Shown in pieces: positions 33,402 through 43,718 of a DNA stretch of 64,000 nucleotides (the first letter of the stretch is position 1; every line of letters starts with the position of its first letter). This DNA is from an uncultured Nitrososphaerales archaeon (GTDB taxonomy: Archaea; Thermoproteota; Nitrososphaeria; Nitrososphaerales; Nitrososphaeraceae), in contig CAVQMO010000012.1 in NCBI GenBank assembly GCA_963713605.1, forward strand, positions 128,001 through 192,000, in the 5' to 3' direction. The notes below the pieces were generated by a model. It was not told the origin of the DNA, made no database searches, and saw only the letters and a list, made by a program, of their open reading frames with translations. A program made the position numbers and the translations under genes.

Positions 33402-34214
33402 ATGGCGAAATTTCGATATTATAATAATAATAAGAGGTCAATTTTATCAGTAACCATATTAATTTCTCTTGTTATGATGATGTTAACAATTGGCAATCTG
33501 ATTCCTCAAAATGTTTATTCACACGCAAATCCAATTTCATATACACCTCGGTCTAACTCAATTGTTGGAGAAAATGGAATTCTTCCTGAAAAGGCAGTAA
33601 TTGTATTCTCCGAAAGACCAGAACCAAAAGCAAGCTATATTCATGTAACCAACTCAGATAATGAAAGAGTAGATAAAAATGACTACGAAGTTAACTCTAA
33701 CAATCCTCGAGAATCTTCAATATCTATTGATACTACGAAATTGAAACCAGGCATCTATACAGTGTCTTGGCTCGCTCTATCTAGGGATGATGGTCACATC
33801 ACAAAGGGTTCCTATGTGTTTACTGTACCGAAAGCATCTAACAGTCCAGAAACGGGTGGGAGAGTTATGATGAATAATGATTTTGTAAATAGCACTATTA
33901 TAAACAATGTTAATGTAACATTTAGGATATCTCCATTCTATTCAGGAATAAATAACAATTTTACTGTGTCATTATCTGACTCTGATGGAAAAGCCCCTAC
34001 CAATGTCAAAACTGTTTTCTTGATATTTAGTAACAAACAAGCTGAACTAGGACCAATTTCTGCAGAACTGACAAAGGCTGGTGAAGGTCTGTACAACGGA
34101 TCTGGTGGATATCTTAGTCAACCAGGAGAATGGGAAGTTAAGATGACTGTTCAAAGGAATGAAGCATACGATCTAAACCACAGCTTTACTTTTGACATAA
34201 AAAATCCTCCTTGA
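33402..34214 (+). CDS. copC: CopC copper-binding protein fused to a C-terminal YtkA/FixH-like domain
   Basis: Signal ...VYS|HANPISYTP; FSE; GIYTVSWLALSRDDGHITKGSYVFTV; YLSQPGEWEVKMTVQR. Confidence 0.92.
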   Translation: MAKFRYYNNNKRSILSVTILISLVMMMLTIGNLIPQNVYSHANPISYTPRSNSIVGENGILPEKAVIVFSERPEPKASYIHVTNSDNERVDKNDYEVNSNNPRESSISIDTTKLKPGIYTVSWLALSRDDGHITKGSYVFTVPKASNSPETGGRVMMNNDFVNSTIINNVNVTFRISPFYSGINNNFTVSLSDSDGKAPTNVKTVFLIFSNKQAELGPISAELTKAGEGLYNGSGGYLSQPGEWEVKMTVQRNEAYDLNHSFTFDIKNPP

Positions 34215-34317
34215 GAAATAAGTCGACGTCTCTGTAAAATTAAGACTTCTTGAACGAGTATCTGTATTCTACCATGGCTTAGGGAAAGCTAGTTTTGAAT
34301 CTTAAACTATTAAATTA

Positions 34318-34830
34318 CTATAAGGAACTGAGCCTATTTCCAAGCAGCTTGTTACTGCTATGCGTATATACCTTCATCCAATAATTATTAATTAGCTCTA
34401 AGTGTTCAAAGAAAGTAGATAAATATGATGATGATAGGTTAACCGATGAATATCTAAGCTGCTCGTTCAGTTGGTCTTGATTATCATAAACAGACTTGAT
34501 AAACGAGGAAATTGACGATATTAGATAGTCGCTCCATCTATTAAGTGATAAACCAACCGCATCATTTTCGTATTTTTCATGACGAACGTTCTTCTTTTGA
34601 ATCGCACGAGATTCAACTGTATCAATTAGAATTTGTCTTCTTTCTCGTTCATTTATTGACGGTAATAACTTAATATCTTTTTTTGATACTTCTTTACGGT
34701 GAAGATGAAATCTCTCGTCTGAAATCAAATTACATGATGAACAAACAAATTTAACAACTTGATTACATACCTTGCAATAAGAAAAAGGTACTAGATCAGA
34801 TCCGCATCTTACACATAAGGTAGAACTCAT
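34318..34830 (-). CDS. Hypothetical protein with N-terminal Zn ribbon
   Basis: CVRC...CKVC...CSSC...HLH. Confidence 0.7.
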   Translation of the reverse strand: MSSTLCVRCGSDLVPFSYCKVCNQVVKFVCSSCNLISDERFHLHRKEVSKKDIKLLPSINERERRQILIDTVESRAIQKKNVRHEKYENDAVGLSLNRWSDYLISSISSFIKSVYDNQDQLNEQLRYSSVNLSSSYLSTFFEHLELINNYWMKVYTHSSNKLLGNRLSSL

Positions 34831-35143
34831 TTTTTATTAATATTAAATATAATGGCGATGTATCCTTTATACCTTGACTATAGGTTTCATCCTCTGGATT
34901 GATACATTACATGAAAAATGTATTAGTTTATGTCCTTATTTAGATAGATAGAATAAACATTGTATTCACTTTTCAATAGAATTCGGAGGCTAGAAGGACC
35001 TCAGTATTAGAAGGTTGACAAAGATTTCAACTTTTTTTCAAGGATTATTTTCATTATTAGAGACAACTGTAGTGACGATAATGTAAAAAAATGTAAATAA
35101 TTACTTTTCAAGATTGATCGGTGGTTAAATAATAAGAACGATG

Positions 35144-35572
35144 TTACCTAATCTTTGATCTATAATCCTGCGTTGTCGGGGTCCTTCTATCTATAAGAAC
35201 CTTCCAGATGCCCAAACCTACTAAGATAATACCCATCGCAATCGTTGAAACCAATGACGTCGTTCCCAATCCACCAGATACGGCAAGGATACCAACTATA
35301 ATTAGTCCTCCGTTTACAAAGAGCAATATCGGAACTATGCTTGATCGTTCCTTTCTTGCGATTACAAAGGCAATAATTGACATAATCACTGCGCTTCCGC
35401 CAAAGGCAGTGCCCCTTGTTCTCTCATCTAACGGGAGAAATCCTTGCGAATCTTCTGTCGTTTGGCCGGAGTCGGATGAGAAAATTATAGCAACATCAAT
35501 TCCGTACAATGTCAACAGTATCAATGAAACTCCCAGTAGAGCGATTGCAACAGTAATCCTTGTAGTTTTCAT
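35144..35572 (-). CDS. Four-TM hypothetical membrane protein
   Basis: Hydrophobic segments; GFLPLDERTRGTAFG. Confidence 0.75.
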   Translation of the reverse strand: MKTTRITVAIALLGVSLILLTLYGIDVAIIFSSDSGQTTEDSQGFLPLDERTRGTAFGGSAVIMSIIAFVIARKERSSIVPILLFVNGGLIIVGILAVSGGLGTTSLVSTIAMGIILVGLGIWKVLIDRRTPTTQDYRSKIR

Positions 35573-35854
35573 CTATCCACGATTATTTGTAGAAAACTCA
35601 CATATATTAATGATATAGTATAGCAAGAATAGGGTATGAGTTGATTGACTGAAATTAAATCATTTATATGTCTATAGAAGTGAGTTTTTCTGCGGTACCA
35701 CATTCATGCCTTCCTCGGCTTTCTCAACTTTCAACTCACTATCAACAACATAATGCACGATCACAGGATGATTTTTGTAAAAAGAGTACTAGAGGTGGGC
35801 TAATGTAAAATATATGAATTATGAAAAACTAATGGAGGGATTTTTATTAACTGA

Positions 35855-36247
35855 TCACTTTGCTTCACTATTTGTTTCCCATATCCCAAATGTATTATTT
35901 TCTGTATCAAGACACACTGCAAAATAACCCATTCCTTTGACTGGCATCTTTGGTACTACTACTTTTCCTCCTAAACTTTCAACCTTTGAAGCGTACTCAT
36001 CCACTGATCTTACGTCGATATAGTTCGTAATCCCCTGTTGTTGTGGATTTTGTCTTTTCATCAGACCTCCACCGATGGCTTTATTTCCCTTATCATCTGT
36101 GGTGGTTATCGTCCAATATTCCATTCCCTCCGGCATACTCTCGGCTCCAGTCCATTTCTCTATATTCCAGCCAAATAATTCACTATAGAATTTTCTTGAT
36201 TTTTCAACATTGTCAGAGGGAATTTCAAAATGTACTATTGTTGGCAT
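35855..36247 (-). CDS. VOC/glyoxalase family protein
   Basis: IVHFEIP...FYSELFGW...GGKVVVPK...DTENNTFGIWE. Confidence 0.92.
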   Translation of the reverse strand: MPTIVHFEIPSDNVEKSRKFYSELFGWNIEKWTGAESMPEGMEYWTITTTDDKGNKAIGGGLMKRQNPQQQGITNYIDVRSVDEYASKVESLGGKVVVPKMPVKGMGYFAVCLDTENNTFGIWETNSEAK

Positions 36248-36538
36248 ATTTCTCAAGTGAAAAAAAGAATCTCGTCCCTAAAATACCGGCTTGGTATACA
36301 AGATATTACACAATTGTCAACGATCTAACTCCTCATCCAAAGCTTTTTCAGGCTTTTGTAGGCAAAGTTATTGTTGGACTGGGGAAATAAGAATATTGAA
36401 GTTCATATAAAATTCAAATCGAGGTAATGCAAGCGCTACGTAAAGCTTATCATCATGAATTATCGTACAACGCCTAATCAACTAAACAACCAATCGACTG
36501 AATTAGGAATAAATTAAGACATTCTTATAAAAACACAT

Positions 36539-37472
36539 GTGGAAAGTATCAATTTTGTCTGCCTTGGTCAAACAGAATTTGTAAAGGAATTAGGAAAAAA
36601 AGGACAATCAAGTGATGTAACGACATATGACAAGAAAAAAGATGACAGAATTATGACATACATAATACCGTCAGGCTATCCCGACAAAATCCAACCATTA
36701 ATTACTGCAGCAAATTTGGCAGAATATTCTATAGTAAACATTAACAAACTAGATAGATATCTAGGAGAACAAATAGTAGCCTTAGATTCTGCTGCAACTA
36801 GATAAAGGGTTTCTTCTTCATTCTTACGAAGTTGATATTGAAATGCTTAAGAGTCTTCTAAAAAACACTGTTGCATCATCATTCAAAGTTGAACAGAACA
36901 TTGAAAGTCTTAAAGAAAGTATCGATTCCTTATCTTCAGTGAAAAGAGATGGGCCACCAATTATTCACATAGATAACATATTTAATGTCAAAGGAGTCGG
37001 TGTGGTTGTATTAGGTATACTTAAACAGGGTGCCATCAAAATACATGATGAACTGATACTATTTCCTCAAAAGAAAAAGGTTACAATCAAAAGTATACAG
37101 ATGCATGATAAAAATGTTGAAGAATCATATAGTCCAGCTAGGGTAGGTCTTGCTCTAACAGGTGTTTCTTTTGACGAGTTAACTAGAGGAGATATTCTAT
37201 CTAATATCAATCATTTTACTTCTACAGATCAGGAATTGATCATGAATTTCAATAAGGTACCATTTTATAAGAATGAGCTTTCAGAAAATCACTCCTATCT
37301 TTTGTCCATAGGTACACGAATCAGGCCTGCAAAGATAGAGAAATTAGAGAACAATAGGCTAAAGATAGTATCTGAGAAGCTGTTTTCATTTAAGGTCGGA
37401 GATACTGCAATTCTGTTAAATCCAGATAGTAAAGGTATACGAATAGTAGGTTCAGGAAGTATATGTGTATGA
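36539..37472 (+). CDS. Archaeal EF-Tu/SelB-like domain protein with a +1 frameshift at ~36789
   Basis: LGKKGQSSDVTTY...GYPDKIQPL...GEQIVALD / LLQLDKGFLLHSYEVD...IDNIFNVKGVGVVVLG...SIQMHD...RVGLAL. Confidence 0.8.
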
Positions 37473-37761
37473 TGAATCTGAGTGTATATCAATCTCCAAG
37501 AATCCAGGTGTTATGTTAAAAACCAAGTAGATTAGATAGCTCAGGGAGTAGTATGAATTTGAATATTTATGTTAAGAGTTCATTCTTGGAGCAGAACGAT
37601 TCAAAATAAGATTTTAATCTGTTAGCATATAGCGTACTAAGATTTTTCATCATGGAATTTAGTTGAGTCATTCCTCAGAATAAATAGAATCATTGAATTA
37701 AACAATAGAAATATGTTCCCCGTCTTGTATATGAGAATGTAAATTTCTCCTATTAACAGTT

Positions 37762-38240
37762 AAAAATCCTGATCTAGATGGTGTTCTTACAAATACAAAA
37801 TATAATGATAAAAGAAAGTATCCAGATGATAAACTGCATAAGCTTATCTCTCATTTCAATTCCCCACATCTATGCAATGAGGATATAGAAAGTACCGATA
37901 TTTTCGGCGATGCATTCAAATATCTCTTAGAACAATTTGCAGATGAAACAAAAAAGTCTGGAGGTAACTTCTTCACACCCAAAGGAGTTGTCAGACTTCT
38001 AGTCAATTTGGTCGAACCAAAAGAGAGTATGAGTATATGTGATCCAACCTGTGGTTCAGGTGGTATGCTTATCGAATCTGTGAAGTTTATTTCGAAGCAC
38101 GGAGGAAATCCAAGAAATCTGGTGTTGAAGGGCCAAGACGTCAACTACGGGACAATTGGTATGTGTAAGATGAATATGGTTCTACACGGTATTGAGGACT
38201 TCAGAATAGAGTATGGGGATGCAATAGTCAATCCCACCGA
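37762..38240 (+). pseudogene. hsdM: Internal fragment of a type I restriction-modification methyltransferase (HsdM)
   Basis: GDAFKYLLEQFA...GGNFFTPKGVVRLLV...DPTCGSGGML...CKMNMVLHG; N-terminus and NPPF motif absent. Confidence 0.9.
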
Positions 38241-38271
38241 ACTAGTAACGCAGGAATATGTTAGGCATATA

Positions 38272-38532
38272 TTATTTGAGGCCCAGATCTTCTAACGCCT
38301 CATACCCTTGTTTCTTTATTCTCCATAGCCTGAAGTCTGCATCGCTAGGTCTGGGTCGTACTTCCTCGGCGAGGTGCCGAGACTCTAATTCGTTTAAATA
38401 GATTTTAACCTCAGGTTGTGGAAGCCCGCTTTGTGATATTATATTACTTTCGAATATGTCTGTATCAGTGTCATTGTGCGCGGGTTCCGCAAGAATATCT
38501 AGGACATTTTTCAGTCCCCGACTCGTTGACAT
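38272..38532 (-). CDS. Small hypothetical protein, possible winged helix
   Basis: IISQSGLPQPEVKIYLNELES...WRIKKQGYEAL. Confidence 0.55.
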   Translation of the reverse strand: MSTSRGLKNVLDILAEPAHNDTDTDIFESNIISQSGLPQPEVKIYLNELESRHLAEEVRPRPSDADFRLWRIKKQGYEALEDLGLK

Positions 38533-38696
38533 AACAGTTATGATCTTTCATTAGTTAAAAGTAATCGGGCGAATTTCATACGAATTCCGAGTTTTTGATT
38601 AATGATTTTCCAGTTTAATGCCAGAACTGCAGGGTCATCCTGAACGGAATCAATCCTTATCTCATATATTCGCTATCGTCTATTCCATCCAGTATT

Positions 38697-38978
38697 TTAA
38701 CACACATTATCAAACTTTTTCAAAGCCGTATGTATTTCTTCAGCAATGTCCTTGTAAACAACCGCCTCTAATATGGCACGATCCATCGCACATTCTTCAC
38801 TAATCTTTATGAATTTCAAAAACTCCTGAGTCAAATCCTGCTTGATATTTGCATACTCGTGCTTTGTTTGATTCATGTTGTCGGGTTCAGCCCGCTCTAC
38901 ATCAACAAGCCTATTAGCGAGTTCGCGTAGCCTTCTTTCCCTCTCTTCGGGGTCTACATAACTACCTGGGGCCGACAT
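38697..38978 (-). CDS. Small helical hypothetical protein
   Basis: ATG at 38978 (MSAPGSYVDPEERERRLREL...). Confidence 0.5.
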   Translation of the reverse strand: MSAPGSYVDPEERERRLRELANRLVDVERAEPDNMNQTKHEYANIKQDLTQEFLKFIKISEECAMDRAILEAVVYKDIAEEIHTALKKFDNVC

Positions 38979-39189
38979 AACTAAATTAATTCCACTGCTA
39001 GAATATTTAGGCTTTCCTTTATCAATGCCAAAACATTTACGACATTTTATCAGCTTAAAGCTGATGTGTATCAGCTTCAATAATTTTTTATTAACTTCAT
39101 AGAAACCCCCTAGAAAAGCCTAAGATTTCATTCAAAAAAATTATCATCGATTCCAAGGGTGACAACTACTCTGACAATCATGTTGACCG

Positions 39190-39222
39190 TAGTAAAGACA
39201 GACAGTTGCCAAGCACCGCATA
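39190..39222 (+). repeat. Perfect 33-bp copy of an internal segment of the cupin gene (48559-48591)
   Basis: TAGTAAAGACAGACAGTTGCCAAGCACCGCATA occurs at both sites. Confidence 0.95.
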
Positions 39223-39233
39223 CCCAGAGATGA

Positions 39234-39704
39234 ATGCGTCGCATGGTGGATAGGGCACTAAAGAAACGGTCATCTGCAAAATGGTCATCTGCAAAAATTG
39301 ATATTATTATAAAAGCTAAAGCTACGACTACATGGATAGTTGATATCAACAATGAAATCGTAAGATTTGAAAGCAATAACAAGGGACAAGTCACCGGAAA
39401 ACATTACACAGGGGTTCATTGGGACACAGTAGAGGGAACAATGTTAGCAGATGGAAGCACGACCCTGACGATTAGGTATTTGCATATGACTAAGAACGGT
39501 GAATCTATTACTGGAATCGGAACTGGAACTCGGATGACTCCAAATCAAAGAGGTATCTCAAAAGTTACTGCAGAGGGGACAATGTGGACCTATGCTCCGA
39601 GGTTATCGCATCTCCACGCGGCTAGATGGAGTGTGGAGGGGGAAGTAAATACCATCAAAGAGACTGTTGAGGTAAAAGGTAATTTCACCGTCTCGGGTCT
39701 GTAA
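39234..39704 (+). CDS. Hypothetical beta-rich protein
   Basis: Gly/Thr-rich beta-strand pattern; start uncertain because of a tandem duplication at 39268-39297. Confidence 0.65.
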   Translation: MRRMVDRALKKRSSAKWSSAKIDIIIKAKATTTWIVDINNEIVRFESNNKGQVTGKHYTGVHWDTVEGTMLADGSTTLTIRYLHMTKNGESITGIGTGTRMTPNQRGISKVTAEGTMWTYAPRLSHLHAARWSVEGEVNTIKETVEVKGNFTVSGL

Positions 39705-40147
39705 AAACTATCTTAATCCAATATCCACATAATATCGAGTTTGATTATGCAATGAGTAACTCGAAAAGATCTTACATCTAAAGCTTATTGTCGAAAATTG
39801 ACATCCATTTTACCTTTTTCTGTTATTTGATACGATCCACTTGGATAACTTATTATAGCTCAGGACACATCCAATTTTTTACAATAATGGCTGTAATATT
39901 GACTTGTTCAAAATGCGGAATATCAAAGATCCTAGTGAATACCAGAATCTAGGCACTAGAGAATTATGTCCATAATGCGGAATCACGTCTACGTATGATA
40001 GCTCGATGTTCGAGTGGAAATCGGAATAGTTCAGATGGTCTTATATCCATACAAGTTAACAGAAGTGTCTTGGTCATCCTACTCAAAATGGTACTTAATC
40101 GATACGTCATAGGAATTATTATATATAATAAAATTAATGTCCGTCCG

Positions 40148-40399
40148 ATGAAAAGCCCAATTTTAATGGCCATAGGTATCGCAATGGTTGCGTCGGTATT
40201 GGTGACTGGACTTGCATCATCTATCTATGCCCAGTCAAATATGACTGGAGGAAATATGACTGGAGGAAATATGACTATAATTGATACCATAAGTGATGGA
40301 GGTGGCGATGGTGATGACGATGGAAGCAGAGAAGGTGATGAACGTGGAGGGGGCGATGACAATGATGATCAGAACGGGGAGGGCGGAGAAAATAACTAG
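40148..40399 (+). CDS. Small secreted protein with NMTGG repeats and acidic tail
   Basis: Signal ending IYA; NMTGGNMTGGNMT; D/G-rich tail. Confidence 0.75.
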   Translation: MKSPILMAIGIAMVASVLVTGLASSIYAQSNMTGGNMTGGNMTIIDTISDGGGDGDDDGSREGDERGGGDDNDDQNGEGGENN

Positions 40400-40577
40400 G
40401 GAGCATTTATTTTAATCCTTGATACACAGCATATCTTTTTATTTTGATTATATATGACTTATTTAAGTTGTAGTTTTTTTCTATTTGTTAGGATCCCAAA
40501 AGTCACATAATTGTTATAGCATATCTTACGGATAATGTATTAGTACATCATTATCGTCTATCGAAAAAAAAGTGAAG

Positions 40578-40856
40578 TTATTGTACTGGTATTAGTTCTG
40601 GTTCCTCTTCAGGAACTTCGCCTTGAGAGCCAGCTATTCCTACTGCGTTCTCTTCGCCCTGAACTTGTGAGCCAATGTTTTGACAGTATACGTTCAATGG
40701 CAATTCATCATTACCACATGCATTGGCTTGACTAGTTGCCTGGTTTTTATCATAGTGTTTTTTTCCATCTGCAAATGCGCTGTCTGTTGCAAAAGCTGTA
40801 GCTCCGATGAGCATTACTGCCATTGCTGCTATAACTACCATGTATCTTGCATTCAT
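40578..40856 (-). CDS. Small secreted two-Cys protein (SQANxCGN family), copy 2
   Basis: ATG at 40856 by alignment; SQANACGNDELPLNVYCQNIGSQVQGEEN. Confidence 0.85.
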   Translation of the reverse strand: MNARYMVVIAAMAVMLIGATAFATDSAFADGKKHYDKNQATSQANACGNDELPLNVYCQNIGSQVQGEENAVGIAGSQGEVPEEEPELIPVQ

Positions 40857-41171
40857 TCGAATGACAATCCGAAAGTCTAATTTATCTGCATTAGGCAAAT
40901 TCAGACGCTCTCATATATCAGATATTTTTTCTATTAGAACGGAGAGAAGCTAACGTATATCCCATACTATTGCTAATGGCATTAAGTTTTTCGTATGTAC
41001 TGGGGTGAACCATCATATGTGATCCAATAAATGATATGTGATTCGGAGTTAGTATCAGTTAGTCAAATAACAAAATACAATAATGCATATTTGTTATAGC
41101 ATATCCTCTGAATAATATATATCATAATGTTACTACAAATAACTCAAAAAAAATAAAATGAGTTTGCTAGA

Positions 41172-41456
41172 TTATTTTACAGGTTTTGGTTCTGGTTCGT
41201 TGTTTTGGATCGCTGGGAATGTTTGGTCTGATGCGAGTGATACTATATTCTCTTCGCCGTCAAAGTGTGAATCTTTGTTTTGACAACCGATATTTAGTCC
41301 CAGTTCACCATTCCCACACTCGTTGGCTTGCGAGATAATCTGACTCTTTCCATAGCGTTTTTTTCCGTCTGCAAATGCACTGTCTGTTGCAAATGCTGTT
41401 GCTCCCACTAGAGTCACTGCTATTACCGCTACAATTGCGATATATTTGAAATTCAT
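41172..41456 (-). CDS. Small secreted two-Cys protein (SQANxCGN family), copy 3
   Basis: SQANECGNGELGLNIGCQNKDSHFDGEEN; tandem with copy 2. Confidence 0.85.
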   Translation of the reverse strand: MNFKYIAIVAVIAVTLVGATAFATDSAFADGKKRYGKSQIISQANECGNGELGLNIGCQNKDSHFDGEENIVSLASDQTFPAIQNNEPEPKPVK

Positions 41457-42001
41457 TTTCGGATAACAGGACGAAAATTTGGTTTATCTGCATTAGGCAA
41501 GTCCAAACACTGGAATAAATCTGATATTTTTTCTATTAAACACACAAAATATTGGTTAGACAGATCAGTAGAAACAATAAAAGGCGCAGGTATCTACGGC
41601 TAGTAATGAAGCTAATACCGAAGCTGTAATATTTTATCCTCCAGAAGAGTAATTCTGGTCATTATTGCTATAATCATCATGATATTACTGCTAAAGTTTC
41701 TATTTCAATTGTTCTTTGTAATACCGTTTGGAGTAGATTATTCTGCCGATCTTCTGTACGCTAAAGAGATTCCATTGTCGATGAACTAGCTAAACAATAT
41801 TGTGTTTAATGGCGAAATATTTGTGGTAATAGTGTCTTGGACAGCCGCTACTTATAACGACATGATCTCGTGTTATAGGCCCTCTACATGAAAAACAGAG
41901 TCCGCCCTATTTTACATCAATCATTTTTAGTGTGCGATTTATTTTTTCATTTGGATTAATAACCAGGGGAAGAACCAGATCAGTGAGTATCGACTCGGAA
42001 A

Positions 42002-42352
42002 TTATTGAGATTTATTATGAACTAATGTAGATTGAATATACATGTTCATTATCATCTCTTCTTCTTCTTGCACATCCTTAATCTGTTCATCTTTTTGCTC
42101 TACAGCAGCATCATTTCCATCTTCTTGTCGTTCAGAGCCAAATTGCGATTGTCTTTCCGGCTGTACAGCAGTGTCTTCTGGTGCTTCCGATGGTTGTTGA
42201 GATTGTCTTTCCGGCTGTACGGTCGTCTTTTCCGGCTGAACCTGTTTAGATTGTTTTGTTGCGTATGAATCTGATAGCCCCATCATTGTTGGAATTCCAA
42301 CTAGACCTGACACCATTACCACCGTAATAGTAACAACTAATAGCTTGTTCAT
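42002..42352 (-). CDS. Secreted Gln/Glu-rich low-complexity protein
   Basis: Signal peptide; VQPERQSQ repeated. Confidence 0.65.
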   Translation of the reverse strand: MNKLLVVTITVVMVSGLVGIPTMMGLSDSYATKQSKQVQPEKTTVQPERQSQQPSEAPEDTAVQPERQSQFGSERQEDGNDAAVEQKDEQIKDVQEEEEMIMNMYIQSTLVHNKSQ

Positions 42353-42539
42353 GATGGGTTCGAATGATTCGCTGTATTTAAATATGCATCGCTTGGCAGT
42401 CGCAATATTCTACTCTTATTACTATTTGAAGTGAAAGACCTCTTTTTTTCGCCGTCACTTCGTAACTATGCACCGGAGTCAAAGTTTAGAGAATTATCTG
42501 AGTTGTTAGAACGATACAGTTGCCAGACCTGCTGTCAGA

Positions 42540-42947
42540 CTAACTTATCATATTTGCTACTAGCTCAATTAGATCAGGTAACTGAATTGGCTTTTTTATA
42601 TATTTTACAATGCACTTATTTTCTTCTAATTCTTTCACAAGAGCGATATCTAGATCATAAGCGGAAATCAGAATTATTTTAGTTCCATTATACTGCTTTA
42701 TGGTACGAGCAACAGAATCTCCTAACATGTCGCCCAATCTATAATCCAATAGTATGAGATGTACTTTATTTCCCAAATTCTTTTCTTCTAGATATTTTAC
42801 AATACAATCTTCGCCAGAACCAACTTGAATTACATTGTATTTCGACCCGAGGGCTAGTAGAAGCAGATCCTGCTCATCATCGCATATCATCACTGTTTTC
42901 TTTTCAGGTACAGGATGATTTAACATTATTATAATATTATGAACCAC
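42540..42947 (-). CDS. Stand-alone response regulator receiver
   Basis: VMICDDE...LILLDYRLGDMLG...ILISAY...YIKKP. Confidence 0.88.
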   Translation of the reverse strand: MVHNIIIMLNHPVPEKKTVMICDDEQDLLLLALGSKYNVIQVGSGEDCIVKYLEEKNLGNKVHLILLDYRLGDMLGDSVARTIKQYNGTKIILISAYDLDIALVKELEENKCIVKYIKKPIQLPDLIELVANMIS

Positions 42948-43523
42948 ATATAAAAGCCTATTACCATAAAGAGAATTAATACATTAGTATATGAATCTCA
43001 GCAATGCTACTGACCCATAGATTGTACATAAGCTATTTAGTGACCTACCTCTAAAGACTTTTGGAAATATCACAACTCTATAGACTTAACTTATAAATCT
43101 TCGAAGTTTTCATGCATTATATGCTTATACTCTCCGTTTTACATGATACTCATCTGCGTAGAGGTGGTCCCCTTATATATTAAATATATAAGCGGAAATT
43201 ATATATCAAAATACATACAAAAACCATTCGAGACAAGTTGCTTAACTGATCTAGTAGCTGAGATCGTAAAAAATTAATTGTAAGCCCTATTTCATAAAGC
43301 TAAAACAGCCTCCCATTCAATGCAAAGATAGAAAACATTTACCTAGACGGATTGTCAAAGATGTCAAAATAGTTATCAAGATGCTTTGCCAGCCAGCGTC
43401 AATATAGAAAAAGCTTACTTGTTTGTTCCACTAACTTCCAAACCCAAGTCATATATTATTTCTTTCATTGTCTTCTTCCCTACTTGTAATGCTACTGACT
43501 TGCTCTGCGCTGATTCTGGTACT

Positions 43524-43688
43524 TTATACCCATGTGATTAATATGAATGAAATTTTAGAGAAAATAAAAAATGGTTCTTTATTTGCAGAACATGATGGAC
43601 ACAAGGTTGTTGATGCATTTTCTGCTACAAATGTTGTTCCACATGAACTACATGTTGCTTTTTGAATTTCTTGCAAGTCGTAGGCCAT
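43524..43688 (-). CDS. 54-aa Zn-ribbon microprotein (below ORF-track cutoff)
   Basis: MAYDLQEIQKATCSSCGTTFVAENASTTLCPSCSANK..., directly downstream of the isochorismatase. Confidence 0.6.
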   Translation of the reverse strand: MAYDLQEIQKATCSSCGTTFVAENASTTLCPSCSANKEPFFIFSKISFILITWV

Positions 43689-43718
43689 TTTCATTACAGT
43701 TATTAAAGTCTTCGTAAA

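Noticed and set aside
36800..36810. Stop-codon readthrough (Sec/Pyl) in the SelB-like gene
   Set aside because: The two halves are in different frames and the stop is TAA
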